The notes below the pieces were generated by a model, which saw nothing but the letters and a program-made list of their open reading frames with translations, searched no databases and was not told where the DNA came from. Positions 1 to 8,472 of a stretch of 41,341 nt of DNA are shown piece by piece (the first letter of the stretch is position 1; each line of letters begins with the position of its first letter). This stretch comes from a virus. The stretch is from the UHGV virus genome UHGV-0069723; one strand, written 5' to 3'. Made by a program: the position numbers and the translations under genes.

Positions 1-24
1 TCATTCCTATTCAGATACTAATTT

Positions 25-51
25 AACCCTCTGTTTTTACAGAGGGTTTTT
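25..51. repeat. Left terminal hairpin repeat, candidate attL core (AACCCTCTG-N6-CAGAGGGTTTTT)
   Basis: Stem CCCTCTG/CAGAGGG plus T-run; same stem and flanks recur at 39515-39542 with a different loop (TTTTTA vs TTACTA). Integrase gene lies immediately inside. Confidence 0.55.
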
Positions 52-103
52 GTTTTTATGTATTCATTTCTATTCACTCTACACCATATTTTTCGTCGGT
101 ACA

Positions 104-114
104 GGTGACGGTAT
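104..114. promoter_or_regulatory. Candidate integrase arm-type site GGTGACGGTAT (left arm)
   Basis: Same 11-mer in same orientation at 39391-39401 near the right end; the 10-mer GTGACGGTAT also occurs at 340-349 and 430-439 inside int. Confidence 0.3.
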
Positions 115-129
115 TACCTTAAAGGTATA
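115..129. promoter_or_regulatory. Degenerate operator-like site TTACC-TTAAA-GGTAT upstream of int
   Basis: One mismatch from the TTACC-N5-GGTAA palindrome found repeatedly in this prophage; 42 bp upstream of the int start. Confidence 0.3.
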
Positions 130-170
130 CTCTCATGCCGTCATGAAAATGGTTTCTATACGGGTGAATT

Positions 171-1421
171 GTGCTTACCGATACAAAATTAAAAAACCTC
201 AAGCCGCAGGACAAACTGTACAAGGTTTCCGATCGTGACGGGCTGTATGTAGCTGTGCTTACGTCAGGCACGGTCTCGTTTCGCTATGACTACCGTATCA
301 ACGGTCGCCGCGAAACACTGGTAATCGGGCAGTATGGGCGTGACGGTATCAGCCTGGCAGAAGCGCGAGAAGAACTGATTGCTGCAAAGAAGCTGCTTAA
401 AGCAGGCCAGTCACCGGCTGCGGCTAAACGTGACGGTATCAAAAAGATTCGTGGTGCCGAGACGTTTGCGGTACATACCGACAGTTATATGAAACACGTC
501 ATCCTGGCTGACAGTACCCGCGCAATGAAACAGGCGGTGATCGACCGTGACATACTTCCGGTTCTTGGCAATAAAATGATGGCTGAAATTACCACATCGA
601 TGGTTCGTGATTTGTGTGACCGGATTGTCGAACGCGGTGGCCGGGCAACAGCAGTGCAGGCCAGGGAGATCATCAGTAGCGTATACCGTCACGCCAATGA
701 CCGTGGTCATGGTTTGTTTAATCCTGCGGCTGACATTAAACCTTCGTCTATCGCCATATTTAAACCACGAGAGCGAACACTGACACCAGAAGAAATTGGC
801 CTGTTCTTCCGCACGCTGGATGCCATTGGTGCTATGGGCACTATGAAAATGGCTTTAAAACTGGTGCTTATCACTATGGTTCGTAAGGGCGAATTCACCA
901 ATGCAACGTGGGATGAAATAGATTTTAAAAAATGGACATGGACAATTCCTCCAGACCGCATGAAGGGAAGCCGGGCGCACGTTATTTACCTGCCTAAACA
1001 GGCACAGGATATATTGGTCGGGTTGCAGATGTGCGCTGGTGGAAGTGAATATCTGGTTCCTGGTCGTTACAATATCCGGAAGCCATTATCTAATGCCGCG
1101 CTGAACTCTCTGATCGACAGAACGGTGAAAATAATAAATGAAGATGGTGAGCATATTCAGGACTTCACTGTACATGATATGCGCCGTACAGCCAGTACGT
1201 TGTTGCATGAGGCTGGTTATCCTTCAGACTGGATTGAAAAGGCTCTGGCACATGAGCAGAAAGGTGTGCGCGCCGTATATAACAAAGCGGAATACGCCAG
1301 ACAGCGCGCCTACATGTTGCAGCAGTGGGCCGATATGATTGATTCATGGATTGACGGGGAGCATACGGATCTGATTCCGTTCTCCCCGTCGAAGTTTGAG
1401 AAGTGGATGGCGGGGGAATAA
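171..1421 (+). CDS. int: Tyrosine-type site-specific integrase (P4-like, arm-binding N-terminal domain)
   Basis: 416 aa ORF with GTG start; N-terminus MLTDTKLKNLKPQDKLYKVSDRDGLYVAV...FRYDYRINGRRETLVIGQYG typical of P4-family integrases; C-terminal HDMRRT box and conserved Tyr region; sits next to the attL-type repeat. Confidence 0.9.
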   Translation: MLTDTKLKNLKPQDKLYKVSDRDGLYVAVLTSGTVSFRYDYRINGRRETLVIGQYGRDGISLAEAREELIAAKKLLKAGQSPAAAKRDGIKKIRGAETFAVHTDSYMKHVILADSTRAMKQAVIDRDILPVLGNKMMAEITTSMVRDLCDRIVERGGRATAVQAREIISSVYRHANDRGHGLFNPAADIKPSSIAIFKPRERTLTPEEIGLFFRTLDAIGAMGTMKMALKLVLITMVRKGEFTNATWDEIDFKKWTWTIPPDRMKGSRAHVIYLPKQAQDILVGLQMCAGGSEYLVPGRYNIRKPLSNAALNSLIDRTVKIINEDGEHIQDFTVHDMRRTASTLLHEAGYPSDWIEKALAHEQKGVRAVYNKAEYARQRAYMLQQWADMIDSWIDGEHTDLIPFSPSKFEKWMAGE

Positions 1422-1615
1422 CGTTTAATAGTTCTGCTGATTTTCTTCCATCTCTGCTTCTGCTGCCAGTGATTCAATTTTGTTTTCGAATATTGCTGAC
1501 AGTGTTGCAAATTCAGCATCAGTGACAGCGGGAATTGGAACAAACCTGATCCCGCTGTGTGCAAGCATGTTTGCAGTTTCAAGGCATTTTCTTAAATCTG
1601 CTGGTGATGCCCTGT

Positions 1616-2266
1616 TCATGCAGCACGCTCCCGCCCCTGGATGTCTGTTGGTGACAGCGGAGCATTGCTGAATGCATTTGTTAATCCGCCAATATCCAAC
1701 GCGTATCCAGGGTGTAGTTGCACTGCCGGGTCTTCGCACTGATTACCCCAAACATCGAAGCCATGAGACGTCTGGCGGGCGAACAGTTCAATGCGAGAAA
1801 CATCGCCTAATAATTGCACAAGTTTTTCACGAACGATATCTGGCTTTCTTGAATGCTCAAGCCGCGGTGCGGTAAATGACTGAACGATCCCTGCATTAAT
1901 GCGCGTAGGTAGTTTTCCCTTTACCGCAAACAGGCAATCTTCACTATTGGCGCGAGTCATGTGTCCCATACCCATAACCAGTTTATCTGGTTGTCGACTA
2001 CCACATTTTATCCACGTGAAGCCCTTCATCGTCATCAGACGGAATCCCCAGGCTTCAACAACTTTTAGTGCTTCGAGTGGTTGTGTTGGCACCCACCACA
2101 TGGCCAACAGACAGTTTTCATCGGCCAAATCCCACACAGGAAGGCGGCAGATATCCAGCACACTCATAACCGGATATTTAAAACCGGCACCGCGATTACC
2201 ATCTGCGGCTTTGTCCCGGTATACCCAGGGTGGATCTGCATAGATTAGTGTGTATTTCTTAGTCAT
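1616..2266 (-). CDS. MT-A70 family N6-adenine DNA methyltransferase
   Basis: Motif YADPPW near the N-terminus (MTKKYTLIYADPPWVY); ATG at 2266 preceded by GGGGTGG RBS; the track ORF extends to a GTG at 2278. C-terminal 30 aa look low-complexity. Confidence 0.8.
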   Translation of the reverse strand: MTKKYTLIYADPPWVYRDKAADGNRGAGFKYPVMSVLDICRLPVWDLADENCLLAMWWVPTQPLEALKVVEAWGFRLMTMKGFTWIKCGSRQPDKLVMGMGHMTRANSEDCLFAVKGKLPTRINAGIVQSFTAPRLEHSRKPDIVREKLVQLLGDVSRIELFARQTSHGFDVWGNQCEDPAVQLHPGYALDIGGLTNAFSNAPLSPTDIQGRERAA

Positions 2267-2558
2267 AAACCACCCCACAACATCCTATGCCGCTATAGTC
2301 GCCACGGCGAAGGCCGTTACCTTTTGTGATACATTGGTCCCTGCGAACCGCGATCCTTGCACGTTCAACATCACCAGAAGCAACATCCATACACTGAAGC
2401 CAAAGGTGAGCGGCAATGCGGAATTGCCCTTTTTTCTCTCTTTCAATCGCGCGTTTTTCGATCTCTATCGCCGCAGGAGTAACGGCGACAATCTTTGACG
2501 GACTGCGCATTGAAACCTTATTCATGTGATATTTTTCAAGTCGGCTTAACTTTCTCAC
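2259..2558 (-). CDS. Hypothetical protein (early-left operon)
   Basis: 99 aa ORF same strand as flanking genes; stop overlaps the methyltransferase start by 8 nt; start codon uncertain (Met at 2558, 2525 or 2510). Confidence 0.5.
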   Translation of the reverse strand: MRKLSRLEKYHMNKVSMRSPSKIVAVTPAAIEIEKRAIEREKKGQFRIAAHLWLQCMDVASGDVERARIAVRRDQCITKGNGLRRGDYSGIGCCGVVYD

Positions 2559-2667
2559 TTAATCCAACCCTCTCTGAAAATTAATGCCAGCAGATAAAGC
2601 CATGCTGAAACAGAGGCCAGGAATAAGTACCATCCTGACCATTTGCTCCAGTGCCTTAGCAGCGCAC

Positions 2668-2916
2668 TCATGCAGCGTTGCTCACGGGACGATATACACG
2701 TTGCTGAACAGGAGGCTTTTTACCCTGGAACTCTGCCGGGCTTGCTGCCTGACGTTCATCAAGCCAACGCTCAACTTCATCACGGTTCCATGCGCAGCGT
2801 TTATCGGTGATATACCAGCGTTTAGGAAATTCCCCTGCGCGCTCCATACGGTCGATAGTGCTCCATGACAGTGGCACCACCGCCAGGAGTTCTTTCTTAC
2901 CTAATGCACCTTTCAT
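2668..2916 (-). CDS. AlpA-family HTH regulator / excisionase-like protein
   Basis: 82 aa; LSWSTIDRMERAGEFPKRWYITDKRCAWNRDEVERWL matches the AlpA/Xis-type HTH pattern; located between int and the recombination genes. Confidence 0.8.
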   Translation of the reverse strand: MKGALGKKELLAVVPLSWSTIDRMERAGEFPKRWYITDKRCAWNRDEVERWLDERQAASPAEFQGKKPPVQQRVYRPVSNAA

Positions 2917-2965
2917 GAATACCTCTCTTGGTTGCAGTGCGGCGCACGTGGCGCCGCGGTGGTGG

Positions 2966-3988
2966 TTACTCGAATTCTGGACGCATATCGTTAAGCGTCA
3001 TCATGAATTTTTGGTGATATTCATCACCGAGCTTTTCAGCCATGGTGTTAATTTCATTTTCAGCGCGCTTGAACATCGTTTTTGCATCTTCAGCAGATGG
3101 ATCCAGGCTATTAAGTATCGCGATGATATATTCTCGAGCTTCTTCTCGTTCTGAATCTGAAATTGGCGACAGGTGTTGACGCTCATCGTCAACTACGGAA
3201 TATTCACCAGTGATAACAGCTGCGTTATCTTGGCTAAGTCCAGCTTCAGCGCGCTCATCCATAACAACAGCCTTCTGCATTTCAATAGAAACAGGAAGAT
3301 ATTTGAACAGTCGGCGAATTACTGTTTTTTTAGCCATCTCATCGAAGTGATCAACCCATGGGCCACTGCTACCGGCTTTGCTCAGTGCACGAACTTTCTC
3401 AACGTCTGCCCGGCTCATAACTTCAAATTGGACTCCGCCATCTTTCAGTCGTGCAACGGCGTAAACGTGCGTTAATTCTCCGCGGTCACCTGTTTCGCAA
3501 GGTAAATGCTCGAGCGTTTCTTCCAGGCCGTATGAGTAGCTGAATTTGTCGTTTGTATGTACGGTACGAGCCGAGATACTCAGGATCTGCCCAGAGCGGC
3601 GGGCAAGGTCAATCATTCCGCGATAGCCGATAATCAGCTGTGCTTCTGTAGATACGGTTTCCCATCTTCCATTTACTTTCTGGCGTTTGTCGAACGGTAT
3701 CAGGTAAGCGTGTCCAAGAGCTCCGCCTGGTTCAAGACCCAATTGGGCACATTGCATAATTGCCCCCAGGAAGCTGGCTTGGTCGCATGATGCAAGTTTT
3801 GGAACCTTTCTGATCTCTGTGGTTGCTATGCGCGCCAGACGGTCTGCTGTCATGTGCTTTGGAAGTGCCAAAGCCATCTGAGCTTTAATTTTTGGGTCTG
3901 CCAGAAGTCCGGCCAGAGTTGTTGGTTTCTCATTATGATGTGCAACTTGGTTACCGGTAGCCGCTGCCTTAAGTGCATTGATAGACAT
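2966..3988 (-). CDS. recT: RecT-family single-strand annealing recombinase
   Basis: 340 aa; RecT-like core (SFLGAIMQCAQLGLEPGG...AYLIPF...); immediately downstream of the YqaJ-type exonuclease gene. Confidence 0.9.
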   Translation of the reverse strand: MSINALKAAATGNQVAHHNEKPTTLAGLLADPKIKAQMALALPKHMTADRLARIATTEIRKVPKLASCDQASFLGAIMQCAQLGLEPGGALGHAYLIPFDKRQKVNGRWETVSTEAQLIIGYRGMIDLARRSGQILSISARTVHTNDKFSYSYGLEETLEHLPCETGDRGELTHVYAVARLKDGGVQFEVMSRADVEKVRALSKAGSSGPWVDHFDEMAKKTVIRRLFKYLPVSIEMQKAVVMDERAEAGLSQDNAAVITGEYSVVDDERQHLSPISDSEREEAREYIIAILNSLDPSAEDAKTMFKRAENEINTMAEKLGDEYHQKFMMTLNDMRPEFE

Positions 3989-3997
3989 TTTTTCTCC

Positions 3998-4897
3998 TTA
4001 CTTCATTCTGAAGACGCGTTGTGTCGTTGTTGTTTTGAATTTTTCGAATAACTCAGGGTGTACTGACTGGAATAGCTTCTGGTCGAATCTGTTGCTGATC
4101 TGAGATTTCCATGTGCAGAGCGGCTTTCCGTCCAGGGTCAGGACTGAGTGCTCTTGCATGTACATCTTCAGCTTCTCTTCTGATATAGCTATTTCTTCTT
4201 CCAGTGATTTTCTGCGTGATTTCATGTCTCGTAGATCGTTGAATAGTGCGAGTGCCTTTCCGTCAGCCTCGATACTTGTCCCGGCATCTTTCTCAAACAT
4301 CAGCGATACATCGCTTACGCTGGTAGCTTCCGGCGGGTTAAGATTTTTCACTCGGTCCCAGAAAGCGATTTCTTTTTCTAAGATCGCCTGGATAGTTTCT
4401 TCATCACGCTCAACCCGATAGATTCGGAAGTCGTCGCCACCGATAAGCACACCGAAAACGCATACCTGTTTGTTTGTAACCATCAACCCGTGCATGGCCT
4501 GGGCCGTGTAATGCACAGGAATTGCATCTGTCTGGATTTCTCCCCATTCTTTGGCCTTGAACGGACTAACTGTTTTGATCTCAATGTTCTCGCCTGACGC
4601 TGCTTCTGCATCGATCTCAGCTGCAATAAAATCGTAATCACGGTGGATATAGCGGTTTCCGCGATGAACGATTTCCATCCCTGTTTCCTCAGAAAGCAGG
4701 TCTATTACGTATGGCTCCATACGCTGGCCACGCGTGAAAACTTTCTGCTTGCTTTGGTCTACTGGTTTGACACGTGGCTGGACCTTATCCAGATAAACCT
4801 CAAGCGGGGTGCGCCATGGGCTAATTCCAAGAATCCCTGCAACATCGCTTCCTCCGATGTATTTTGTTCTATCCATGATTCCAGCGTTCCGCATCAT
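3998..4897 (-). CDS. YqaJ-type (lambda Exo/RecE-like) recombination exonuclease
   Basis: 299 aa; N-terminal RTKYIGGSDVAGILGISPWRTPLEVY typical of the YqaJ viral recombinase nuclease domain; paired with recT. Start could be 4897 or the Met at 4876. Confidence 0.85.
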   Translation of the reverse strand: MMRNAGIMDRTKYIGGSDVAGILGISPWRTPLEVYLDKVQPRVKPVDQSKQKVFTRGQRMEPYVIDLLSEETGMEIVHRGNRYIHRDYDFIAAEIDAEAASGENIEIKTVSPFKAKEWGEIQTDAIPVHYTAQAMHGLMVTNKQVCVFGVLIGGDDFRIYRVERDEETIQAILEKEIAFWDRVKNLNPPEATSVSDVSLMFEKDAGTSIEADGKALALFNDLRDMKSRRKSLEEEIAISEEKLKMYMQEHSVLTLDGKPLCTWKSQISNRFDQKLFQSVHPELFEKFKTTTTQRVFRMK

Positions 4898-5193
4898 GCC
4901 GCGTCCCTCTGCCCATCAAGCTGATCCGCCAGATCCCAGCGCGCTATAATTGCCATTGCCTCGCGCCGGTAGGCATCCATCAGTTCTTCGAACTCAGGGC
5001 TGTCTTTAGCAGCCTCCAGCACTTCCTGACGAACGCCTTTGCCTGTTACAACGTCGAAAGTTGAGGACAGTTGATGAAGTCGGATGCTCTCAATCAGTTC
5101 AACTTGTCGGTCATATAGCTGTTCTGACAGGCGGTAGTCCTTGTCGAATGCCAGCATGATTTTTTGAAGATTTTTCTGCTGATTAACGTTCAT
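4894..5193 (-). CDS. Hypothetical early protein
   Basis: 99 aa from ATG 5193 (MNVNQQ...) with GGGAGGG RBS; stop overlaps the exonuclease start (ATGATG). Confidence 0.55.
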   Translation of the reverse strand: MNVNQQKNLQKIMLAFDKDYRLSEQLYDRQVELIESIRLHQLSSTFDVVTGKGVRQEVLEAAKDSPEFEELMDAYRREAMAIIARWDLADQLDGQRDAA

Positions 5194-5195
5194 TA

Positions 5196-5348
5196 TCAGC
5201 CCTCCCATATCTCATTATCGTTGGCTACATCGCGAGCTTCTTTGCTGACGAAAGCCCACTTAATGCCTTCCTGTAAGGTGCGGAACTTCCAGCTCATGAA
5301 TCCGCATGCAGTAACGCAGTACCAACCGTTGATGATTTTCCACTGCAT
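5196..5348 (-). CDS. Small hypothetical protein, first gene of leftward early operon
   Basis: Hand-translated 50 aa ORF (MQWKIINGWYCVTACGF...) not in the ORF track; GAGGT RBS 8 nt upstream; stop 2 nt before the next gene start. Confidence 0.4.
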   Translation of the reverse strand: MQWKIINGWYCVTACGFMSWKFRTLQEGIKWAFVSKEARDVANDNEIWEG

Positions 5349-5367
5349 AACTTGTTACCTCGGTCTG

Positions 5368-5444
5368 TTACCGTTGAGGTAATAATTATGCTTATTTGGT
5401 TTGGTGTCAATAGATATGAGTTAAAAAAATTACCCGTAAGGTAA
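5368..5444. promoter_or_regulatory. Left operator region: two perfect TTACC-N5-GGTAA sites (5368-5382, 5430-5444) flanking the leftward promoter
   Basis: TTACCGTTGAGGTAA and TTACCCGTAAGGTAA; on the minus strand a perfect TTGACA -35 (5405-5410) lies between them. Confidence 0.55.
5382..5410 (-). promoter_or_regulatory. Candidate sigma70 early-left promoter (PL-like)
   Basis: Minus-strand TTGACA, 16-17 bp spacer, TAATTA/ATAATT -10; about 35 bp upstream of the first leftward ORF. Confidence 0.4.
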
Positions 5445-5452
5445 TCTATCTG

Positions 5453-5480
5453 GCAATAAAAAAGCCGCCATGAGGCGGCT
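5453..5480 (-). terminator. Rho-independent terminator downstream of the repressor gene
   Basis: Minus-strand hairpin AGCCGCC-TCAT-GGCGGCT followed by TTTTTTATT. Confidence 0.6.
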
Positions 5481-5501
5481 TACTTACTGAAAAATATAGT
5501 T

Positions 5502-6086
5502 TTATTGTTTGCTTTTTTCGTTCTGGTTGATGACAAATTCAATGTAACTTTCGATCTTTGCTTTCTCGGTTTCGGGTAACAATGCGTAGCGCGAGCGGTC
5601 ATAGTTGATAGTCGCAGGGTCGTGCGGGTGAATCAGTAGTTCATATCCGTGACGCCCGAATGCGGATGCAACATTCTCCAGGGTGGAAATGGAAACGCTG
5701 ACCTCATTGTTTAACAGGCGACTGATTGTCACCTGGGCGACGCCGGATGCGCGGTGAAGTTTTCCCTGCGTTGAAAGGTCGCGGCTTTCGCTCATCCAGC
5801 GTTCCAGGTTGTGAGCCGCCAGCTGACCAATGTCGCTTGGGCCGACAGGCTGAAAACCTTCCTGAGAAAGCGAGCGATCGATATCAAGCCAGTTACGGGG
5901 TTTATTGGCGGCAGCTTCAATTTTTCGCGCAACCTGGTCGCCGATAACCTTCTTGCCAAGAGCCCAGCGGTTTACCAGATTTGCCTGAGTTCCAAGTTTT
6001 TCTGCCATCCGCGTCTGAACACCATTGAATTCACGGTCGATCAAGTCGTTGAGATTTTGCCTGCGGACGTCCTGGATACTTTTCAT
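5502..6086 (-). CDS. Prophage repressor candidate with two HTH domains and no S24 peptidase domain
   Basis: 194 aa; two XRE/Cro-C1-like HTH segments (QTRMAEKLGTQANLVNRWALG and ASGVAQVTISRLLNNE); divergent from the cro-like gene across an operator-bearing intergenic region. Confidence 0.7.
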   Translation of the reverse strand: MKSIQDVRRQNLNDLIDREFNGVQTRMAEKLGTQANLVNRWALGKKVIGDQVARKIEAAANKPRNWLDIDRSLSQEGFQPVGPSDIGQLAAHNLERWMSESRDLSTQGKLHRASGVAQVTISRLLNNEVSVSISTLENVASAFGRHGYELLIHPHDPATINYDRSRYALLPETEKAKIESYIEFVINQNEKSKQ

Positions 6087-6141
6087 TTTCTGGAAAATCG
6101 CCTCATATATGAATCAGTAGATGATTCAATTTAAAGCAATA

Positions 6142-6204
6142 TTACCCAACAGGTAAATGCACCTCATAGGTAACTATCCTTGATTTTTGTTACCTTATGG
6201 GTGA
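6142..6204. promoter_or_regulatory. Right operator cluster: three tandem TTACC-N5-GGTAA-type sites
   Basis: TTACCCAACAGGTAA (6142-6156, perfect), GCACCTCATAGGTAA (6159-6173, half-site), TTACCTTATGGGTGA (6190-6204, one mismatch); candidate -35 TTGATT at 6180-6185. Confidence 0.6.
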
Positions 6205-6240
6205 ATATTTATTATCTGAAATAAATATCAGGCAATAGCT

Positions 6241-6471
6241 ATGAGCGATAACGGACATTTCGATTTCAAAAAGCACTGGCTTGCACTTACTCCGGATGAG
6301 CGTGAAGCCTTCGCACAGGAAGCCGGAACGACGAGTCACTATATCCAGACTCACTTAACAGGTAAGCGCAAAATGCCAGGTAAGGTATTGATGAATGGGC
6401 TTTTTAAAGCCTGTAAAACAAGACAATGGCTGCGCTCAAAAGCAGAACTGGCATACTTCTTCTACTCATGA
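6241..6471 (+). CDS. Cro/CII-like HTH regulator (first rightward early gene)
   Basis: 76 aa; HTH-like segment FAQEAGTTSHYIQTHLTG; divergent from the repressor; followed by a terminator. Confidence 0.65.
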   Translation: MSDNGHFDFKKHWLALTPDEREAFAQEAGTTSHYIQTHLTGKRKMPGKVLMNGLFKACKTRQWLRSKAELAYFFYS

Positions 6472-6493
6472 TATCCATCCACAACCCTCTGTA

Positions 6494-6516
6494 GACCGCC
6501 ATCCGGCGGTCTTTTC
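6494..6516 (+). terminator. Rho-independent terminator after the cro-like gene (tR1-like)
   Basis: Hairpin GACCGCC-ATCC-GGCGGTC followed by TTTT. Confidence 0.6.
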
Positions 6517-6526
6517 ATATCTATTC

Positions 6527-6541
6527 GTACCTCAAAGGTAA
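6527..6541. promoter_or_regulatory. Operator-like site GTACC-TCAAA-GGTAA
   Basis: One mismatch from TTACC-N5-GGTAA; directly downstream of the cro terminator and upstream of the next gene. Confidence 0.4.
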
Positions 6542-6621
6542 TAAAAAACCAAATCTGGTTGATCTTTTTTTTGTGTCAGCACAAAATGACCGTAATCCCA
6601 ATACTAATAACAGGGCTTACC

Positions 6622-6822
6622 ATGGAAATTATTACACGTATTGATGCCGCAAAGCGCGGACTTAAACGCTACTACACCGGAAAACCATGTAAGCACGGAC
6701 ATGACAGTGAACGCTGGGTTTACAACGGACACTGTGTTGAGTGCACTATGGAATCAAACCGTCGCATCAGGGCAGAGATTAAGCAGATCATGATTAATTC
6801 CTCCCCACAACATTCAAGCTGA
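6622..6822 (+). CDS. Small Cys/His-rich putative zinc-binding protein
   Basis: 66 aa from ATG 6622 (MEIITRIDAAKRGLKRYYTGKPCKHGHDSERWVYNGHCVECT...); the track ORF extends upstream to 6559 through an implausible hydrophobic N-terminus; weak RBS. Confidence 0.45.
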   Translation: MEIITRIDAAKRGLKRYYTGKPCKHGHDSERWVYNGHCVECTMESNRRIRAEIKQIMINSSPQHSS

Positions 6823-6837
6823 TAGCGGAGATTAATC

Positions 6838-7653
6838 ATGAGCAGACATGCAACAGATTGGGCCTGGGAGACAGATCCAGGTAGCTCGTCATTAAAGCTC
6901 ATACTGCTCTCGATGGCTGACAGAGCCGATGAATATAACCTCTGCTACCCCAGCATAGAACGCCTCGTTAAAGACACTTGCCTGAATAAAAAAACCGTGC
7001 AGGCCGGGCTTATATCGCTCATGAAAATGGGGCTTATTTCAGATACCGGAGAGAGAAAGGGTGCGACGAAAAGAGTGCGGGTTTTCTCTCTTAATATAAC
7101 CAAAAACGGGAACATTAAAGGCAACCGGGAAGGGGGTAATGAACCCGAAAACGGTAATGTTACCGAAAACGGGAATATACCCAAAAACGGGATGTTGAAT
7201 GATCCCAAAAACGGGATGTTGAATGATCCCAAAAACGGGATCCAGAACCAGTCATATAACCAGTCATTTAACCAAGAGAGGGAGAGCAGGACAAAAAGCG
7301 GGGATTCTGTGCCTCATGACCCCGGCGCAAACAACGCCGTGATGAATAACTTTGTTCCTCCTGGTGGGCCAGGGCAATTAGGCAAATTTGTCATGCATGA
7401 ACAATGGCAGCCATCAGATGACTTTCTTCGGAAAAGCTCATTGCAGGGGATCTACCTGGACAGTCTGCCAACGGCACAGGAGCTTGCAGAGTTCAGAATT
7501 TACTGGATGGCTGAGGGTAAGGCATACCATCAGGCACAGTGGGAGCAGAAGCTGGCAAGGCGGCTGCAGATTAGCAGACAGAAGCAATCAACATTACCTG
7601 ATAACAACGTTCCGCACTGGAACAGCCCTGAAGCGTGGGAGGATTTCTTGTGA
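6838..7653 (+). CDS. Replication initiator, lambda O-like (N-terminal winged-HTH) with internal origin iterons
   Basis: 271 aa; N-terminal LSMADRADEYNLCYPSIERLVKDTCLNKKTVQAGLISLMKMGLI...; central repetitive peptide (KNGN/PKNGM) coincides with DNA iterons; followed by a P-like gene. Confidence 0.75.
   Translation: MSRHATDWAWETDPGSSSLKLILLSMADRADEYNLCYPSIERLVKDTCLNKKTVQAGLISLMKMGLISDTGERKGATKRVRVFSLNITKNGNIKGNREGGNEPENGNVTENGNIPKNGMLNDPKNGMLNDPKNGIQNQSYNQSFNQERESRTKSGDSVPHDPGANNAVMNNFVPPGGPGQLGKFVMHEQWQPSDDFLRKSSLQGIYLDSLPTAQELAEFRIYWMAEGKAYHQAQWEQKLARRLQISRQKQSTLPDNNVPHWNSPEAWEDFL
7100..7239. repeat. Origin-type iterons (six copies of CC[CG]AAAAACGG[GT]) inside the O-like gene
   Basis: Copies at 7100, 7144, 7163, 7180, 7204, 7228; includes an exact tandem 24-bp duplication (7191-7214 and 7215-7238). 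Confidence 0.65.
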
Positions 7654-8435
7654 ACAACGTTTTTACCGCGATACAAAACCGTGACGGAGAAGCCCTTTCT
7701 CGCATGTCAGGTTATGAGCATCAGTACGTCAACAATGACAATGTGGTGAACATGTCAGCAGAGAGGCTTGTTGATGCCCTTTTCAAACAGCTGAAACAAC
7801 TGTTTCCGGCGGCAGTAGTAACCAACCTGAAGACTCCAGAGCAGGAAGTTGCTGCAAAACAGCAGTGGATTGCTGCGTTTGCCGAAGGGGGGATCCGAAC
7901 CCGTGAACAGGTTTCTGCTGGTATGCGCCACGCCCGCGCCAGTGAATCTCCGTTCTGGCCGTCGCCAGGGCAATTCATCAAGTGGTGTAAAGACAGCAAG
8001 ATGGTTCTTGGCGTCACCATTGACGATGTGATGGCGGAGTTTCACCGGTACAGCAAGGAAAAAAGTTTATATCCTGGTGGTCCCGAAAGATTCCCGTGGC
8101 GACATCCGGTTATGTACTGGGTCGTATGTGATACCCGCCGTGCAATGTATCAGCGCCAGCTTAGCGAGATTGAGGTTGAGAAACACGCGCGCAGGCTGCT
8201 CGATGATTGGGCGAAAAAGGTAGCTTCCGGACAGCAGATACCCGATCCGGTGATCAGCATACAGGCAAAGCCAGAACCCATGAGTACGCCTCCGGACACA
8301 GGGAGAGACGTTTACCATCCACCAGGGCGAAGTTTCGGGTGTATGCCTAACGCCGCCACATTGGGGGGAATAACACCGGCACAGTGGCTGATGGAGGAAT
8401 ACAGGCGGGGAAAGGCGGCAGGATTTATCAAGTAA
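7635..8435 (+). CDS. Lambda P-like replication protein (helicase loader)
   Basis: 266 aa; QVSAGMRHARASESPFWPSPGQFIKWCKD resembles what I recall of the lambda P core; no Walker A; start may be GTG 7635 or GTG 7650, overlapping the O-like stop. Confidence 0.7.
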   Translation: MGGFLVNNVFTAIQNRDGEALSRMSGYEHQYVNNDNVVNMSAERLVDALFKQLKQLFPAAVVTNLKTPEQEVAAKQQWIAAFAEGGIRTREQVSAGMRHARASESPFWPSPGQFIKWCKDSKMVLGVTIDDVMAEFHRYSKEKSLYPGGPERFPWRHPVMYWVVCDTRRAMYQRQLSEIEVEKHARRLLDDWAKKVASGQQIPDPVISIQAKPEPMSTPPDTGRDVYHPPGRSFGCMPNAATLGGITPAQWLMEEYRRGKAAGFIK

Positions 8436-8472
8436 TACCAGCGCGATAGCGCATTTTTTTACGCCTTGATAG

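Noticed and set aside
50-238. 62-aa ORF spanning the int start region
   Set aside because: Overlaps the integrase start in another frame and covers the att hairpin and arm region.
6484-6492. Third copy of the att stem 9-mer AACCCTCTG
   Set aside because: A single extra 9-mer without the partner arm; likely coincidence.
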